Source: the human T2T-CHM13v2.0 reference genome, Homo sapiens
Strand: one strand, 5' to 3'
Length of the DNA stretch: 64,000 bases
Assembly: GCF_009914755.1 (NCBI RefSeq)
Contig: NC_060928.1
The notes below the pieces were generated by a model. The model saw nothing but the letters and a program-made list of their open reading frames with translations, did not search any database and had not been told where the DNA came from. Of the stretch, positions 59,506 to 64,000 are shown one piece after another. Every line of letters starts with the position of its first letter. Position 1 is the stretch's first letter. A program made the translations under genes and the position numbers.

Positions 59506-59658
59506 AGTGGGGTGAGGGATAAAAGACTACACATTGGGTACAGTGTACACTGCTCAGGTGACAGGTGCACCAAAGTCTCAGAAATCACCATTAAAGAACT
59601 TGATATAACCAAAAACCACCTGTTCTCCCAAAACTAGTGAAATAAAATAAAAATAAAT
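59506..59658 (+). mobile_element. Short L1PB/L1MA 3' end with TSD gaaga(t/c)aattttctc
   Basis: 3'UTR motifs and TSD. Confidence 0.8.
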
Positions 59659-60280
59659 GAAGACAATTTTCTCTCAAAACATATTTTTAAAGATCTGATA
59701 GATAAGTGATCATACTATCCAGTCAATAATTTCAATAAAAATGTATAGGGACATAATATACATTAAAACATTACATATCTTTTATAACACTGCAAACAGG
59801 AACAACTCTAAAGATTTCTGTGAAGTTTTCTAAAACTGCATAAAAATATTTTCTAAAAGATGACATGTACAGGAAAAATCATTTCCAGTATCTTCCAGAC
59901 CTTGCATGCTTTGTTCTAATGCCCTTCTCCATTTGTCATTTGCTCCAAATTCATTTTGCCTCTCTACTACCCTTGAGTTAGGCATATTTCCCATTTCTAA
60001 ATTAAATTGCTTTTTAAAAAATAATAAACAACTAGATCAGGATATTCAGTTTTCCTTTTCATCCTCTCTGAAAACAGTTGCCTGTAACCTCTTCCTTGAT
60101 CTGGAGTGGAAGATCAGGCCACAGGTTCTGAAGCACATGCAAATATGATCTGATTTAACCAGCCACTGTGGGCCTGGCTCCCCAGTGTCTCAGAATAATG
60201 CAAGGCTCAAGTATAATGTCAAGCCTTCAAACTGAGCTTTTTACTGTTCTTCATCTAGTATTCCTCCTGCACATACTTAC

Positions 60281-60422
60281 CTGTTAAATTTCAGCACCTT
60301 TGTGGGTAGATCCTGATTTTCCTCCATTCCTGACCTCCCTTATAAAAGATGGTCATTCCTGACCATCTTTGAAAATTCTATCAAACTGACATAACCAGCC
60401 CTTTTGAGACCTTTACTTGTCT
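60281..60422 (-). pseudogene. Exon remnant (TSKGLKRAGYVSLIEFSKMVRNDHLL*GRSGMEENQDLPTKVLKFN), phase 1->2
   Basis: Acceptor tgtttttattcag|, consensus donor CAG|gtaagt, one stop. Confidence 0.7.
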
Positions 60423-60809
60423 CTGAATAAAAACACATTGCCTATACAATGCAAATATTATTCACAAAAATGTTTCAAATAGTAAATACTAAATAGTTTA
60501 GTTTTTTTCATTTAAATTGTATTCATTTTAAAATATTTAATATATTCCTATGCTAGTGAAGGGCAGTTTCTCCCATGGTCTAGACGATCCTGTTTGCAGG
60601 GCAGCTTTGATTCTATCCCCATTCCAGGCACTTGATATCAATGGAATTGCTATTCTTGCCTCCCAAATCCTAAAATGTAAGTTTCAAGGGTTAAGCTTGA
60701 GAAGTGGCTGGTCATGATCCTGAAAAAGTCACCTGGTTTAGGGTTGTGGCACTTTTCAGCTCTACTCACTACACCTCCTTCTATCATATTGGGGGAGAAG
60801 AAGTAAAAA

Positions 60810-61250
60810 AGGGGGATAGAAATCAATGTGTTATACCCACTCAAAATGAGAGCAGACCCAAGAGCAATGAAAACATGTTCACACAAGACCCTCTACACAA
60901 ATGTTTACAGCAGCTTTACATATAATGGCCCCAAAGTGGAATCAACAAATAGTTTCAATGAGTGAATGAATACACAAACTATGGCACATCCATACAGAAA
61001 AATACTACTCCGGAGTGAACTGTTGATACAACATGGATGAATATCAAATATATTATGTTAAGTAGAAGAAGCCAGATGCAAAAGGCTACATATGTGACTG
61101 CAAACGGGCAGCACAAAAGCATTTTGGGGCTGATGGAACTGTTCTGTATCTTGCTTGTGATGGTGCTATGTAACTCTTATGAAAACTCATCGGCCTGTAC
61201 AAAAAATAAATTTAATTATATGTGAGATAAAAAATAAATGTTAAAAAATT
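60810..61250 (+). mobile_element. Old L1MC/ME 3' fragment
   Basis: aatgtttacagcagcttt...acatggatgaat...aagaagccaga. Confidence 0.65.
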
Positions 61251-61463
61251 TGTTTGCAAATTAAAAGAGAGAAGGGAGAGATGAAGTGGGCTCCTCCTGG
61301 CTGTGGAAGCAAGAACAGAGCCCACATTCCACCATTTCACTAAATTCTACCATTGTTTATAACTTGAGGGAGATTCCAGCCTTCTTTTCCTTATGTTTCC
61401 TCTACCTGGTTAAGTGACCAACCAGCCTAGGGTTCTGACTACAAACAAATCAGGATTCTGCAC

Positions 61464-61709
61464 CTCCAAAGGTTTTGCTATCCTGGCCCTGTGCCCATGC
61501 TGAAGGCAGATTATCAGGCCACTTCTGAGGCTCTGGAGGCCTATGCCAGGGATGGCCTTTGTTCGGGGTTTTGTCCTGCTTTTCTGCCCATTATGGTTGT
61601 TTCTCTAATGTAAATTATGAAGGCTTTGATGTTTTCTTGCAGTAGCATTCAAACAAAACAAAGCAAAAATGCAGCAGCTGTTGCCTGTATTAATCTCTGA
61701 GATTTTGAC
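61464..61709 (-). pseudogene. Exon remnant (VKISEINTGNSCCIFALFCLN...H*RNNHNGQKSRTKPRTKAIPG...KPLE)
   Basis: Strong acceptor ttctttttctttccag| in phase 0, matching the upstream donor. One stop in 82 codons. The donor GAG|gtgcag is tentative because it does not match the phase of the next exon. Confidence 0.6.
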
Positions 61710-62211
61710 CTGGAAAGAAAAAGAATCATTTTTTTTTTCTTGAAACCTAAGAGTCCCAAGGGAAGCAGAGCAGTCTGCTCTAAATTTTTTTAAATAAAAT
61801 GTCATCATGCTCTAAAAATGATGGCACAAATTAATTCTCTGGGAATTTATCCTTGTCCAAAATGAGACCCAGTGCAACCAAGAGATGCCTGTACTTAACC
61901 ATTCCCTCAGTGAATGGGGTAAATTGTGAATGGTGACAGGGATGCCCAAGGCCAACAGGGACTTCAATGAATAAAAGCAACTGCAATCCTTTTTCTCTCT
62001 TCCCCTCTTCTTAAAATCTCAGAAGACTGAGCAATTTTGAAACGGTGTACTGGGGGAGGAGTGGGGCTCCATTTACATGCTTCTCTGTTTTGCAAGGGAA
62101 GGAAGATTTCACTGTATCCCATGTTAATCTATTACCAGGCTTGCTTTCAAAATCAGAGGAGTCTGTGTTAGTTTTTTTAAAAAAGAGTTGAAGATTAAAG
62201 ATATGTTCATA

Positions 62212-62655
<444 letters not shown>

Positions 62656-62707
62656 TTATAAGAAAGCCTTTTTCCACTTTAAATGCAAAATATCTCAGCA
62701 AGCTCAC

Positions 62708-62823
62708 AGTGACAGCATTGGGTTGGATTGTGCTATTTACAGAAGAACTATATTGTTTCATCATCATAATCAGTTCTGCCAAGTTCTAATGAAGACAATG
62801 CATGAAGAGATATGCCCAATTCA
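62708..62823 (-). pseudogene. Exon remnant ([37 protein letters not shown]), phase 1->0
   Basis: Acceptor cacttttttccag|, donor ACT|gtgagc, 116 nt, one stop. Confidence 0.6.
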
Positions 62824-63099
62824 CTGGAAAAAAGTGATAAGGAGTATTTAGCTGCTGTGATGCATTCTTAGTGTGAGGACTGCTTGAAGAGGTCAGGTCT
62901 TTTGGCTAAGAATGTTGGCTTTCTGCTTCTCCAACCCCAGTTACCTGCATTTGACAAACCCTATCAGATTTTAAATGATCAAATTAAACATTGCTTCATT
63001 CTGAACAATAGTAGGCCATTAAAACTCCTAAGAAGGCTAAACACTGCTTTTTTTCCTTTTTTATTTTTGCTTTCACTCATTTTCTTTCTTTGAGAAGAA

Positions 63100-63690
63100 T
63101 ATATAGTGATCAATTGGTAGAGTAAGACTGCCTGGGCCCAAATTCCAGTTCCATCCCTTCATAGTTATGTGACCCTGGGCGAGTTACTTAGCCTCTCTGA
63201 GCTTCAATTTCCTCATGTAAAAAATAATATGTAAGGTGCTTACAATAGTGCCTTGCACAAGGTGAGTACTGTAAAACTGTGAGCAGCTGCTGTTGCTTTA
63301 TTAAGCCAACACTGGCTGAGCACTACAGACAGCAATGGAAGAATGATTTGGAGGGAGGTCAGACAGACCTGACTTTAAATCCTACCACTTATTTACTTCA
63401 TGAAGTTTCCTCATCTGAAAAATGGGGCTAGTAACACCTCCTAGCAGAACTGTTATAGACAGATTTCATGGCTGGCATTTATGTCCTAACACTGTGTGGT
63501 AGCAGGCCGAACTCCAGGCCCTGGGGCCAGAACGTCTGTGAGACTTGGGGCAAATTGCTAACCCTCCTGAGGTTCAGTTCTCTTATAAGTAAATGGCAGT
63601 AAAAGCAGTAAGGAGTTCACAGCATTGCTACGATGACCATGTGAAATAAAGCACAGAAAGCATAGTCAGGACTCCATAAACGTTGTTTAA
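63100..63690 (+). mobile_element. Cluster of MIR fragments
   Basis: Three MIR cores (gtgaccctgggc...tttcctcat; tttcctcatctg; cttggggcaaattgctaacc). Confidence 0.6.
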
Positions 63691-63876
63691 AATTGTAAGA
63701 CAGGCACTATTCTCCAAGAGCCAGTGTGCATTACACTGAAAAGTGGAAAAAAAAATCCTAATTCAAAAAAGACATACTTAGTATTTGAACAAACAAAAAA
63801 GTAAAAAGTACTTGCTCTTGAAAGAAAACCTCTTCCTAGGGAAGCCAGAGTAGTCAGCTGTGACAGGAAGATTTAC

Positions 63877-63990
63877 CTGCAGCTGCAAAATCAATCTCTC
63901 CATAATCATTCACAAAATCCCACTGCCTCTTCTTTTTGTAATCTCTGAAATTCATCTATTCTCCTTTTCCTACACTAATTTCTCATCCAG
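63877..63990 (-). pseudogene. Exon remnant (...NFRDYKKKRQWDFVNDYGEIDFAAA), phase-1 donor
   Basis: Donor GCAG|gtaaat is phase-compatible with the 62823 exon. The 5' boundary is uncertain at the window edge. Confidence 0.5.
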
Positions 63991-64000
63991 TCTATTACTA

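Overview
AT-rich primate (probably hominoid) genomic DNA: it carries AluJ/S/Y, an L1PA2-like element, THE1, Tigger1 and MER elements. There is no intact protein-coding gene, CpG island or RNA gene. A large part of the window is interspersed repeats: a twin-primed 5'-inverted L1PA2-like insertion with a 15-bp TSD, a near full-length Tigger1, a THE1 with its internal region, several solo LTRs, about 11 Alus and old L1/L2/MIR. The main non-obvious signal is on the minus strand, where I read about 20 exon remnants from ~64 kb down to ~3 kb. They have canonical AG/GT sites, mostly phase-compatible junctions, and long reading frames broken by scattered stops and frameshifts. This looks like a decayed multi-exon (candidate unitary) pseudogene whose reconstructed protein has internally repeated beta-rich units resembling C2 domains. 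I could not name the gene. Repeat subfamily names come from remembered consensus motifs, and all translations and alignments were done by hand.
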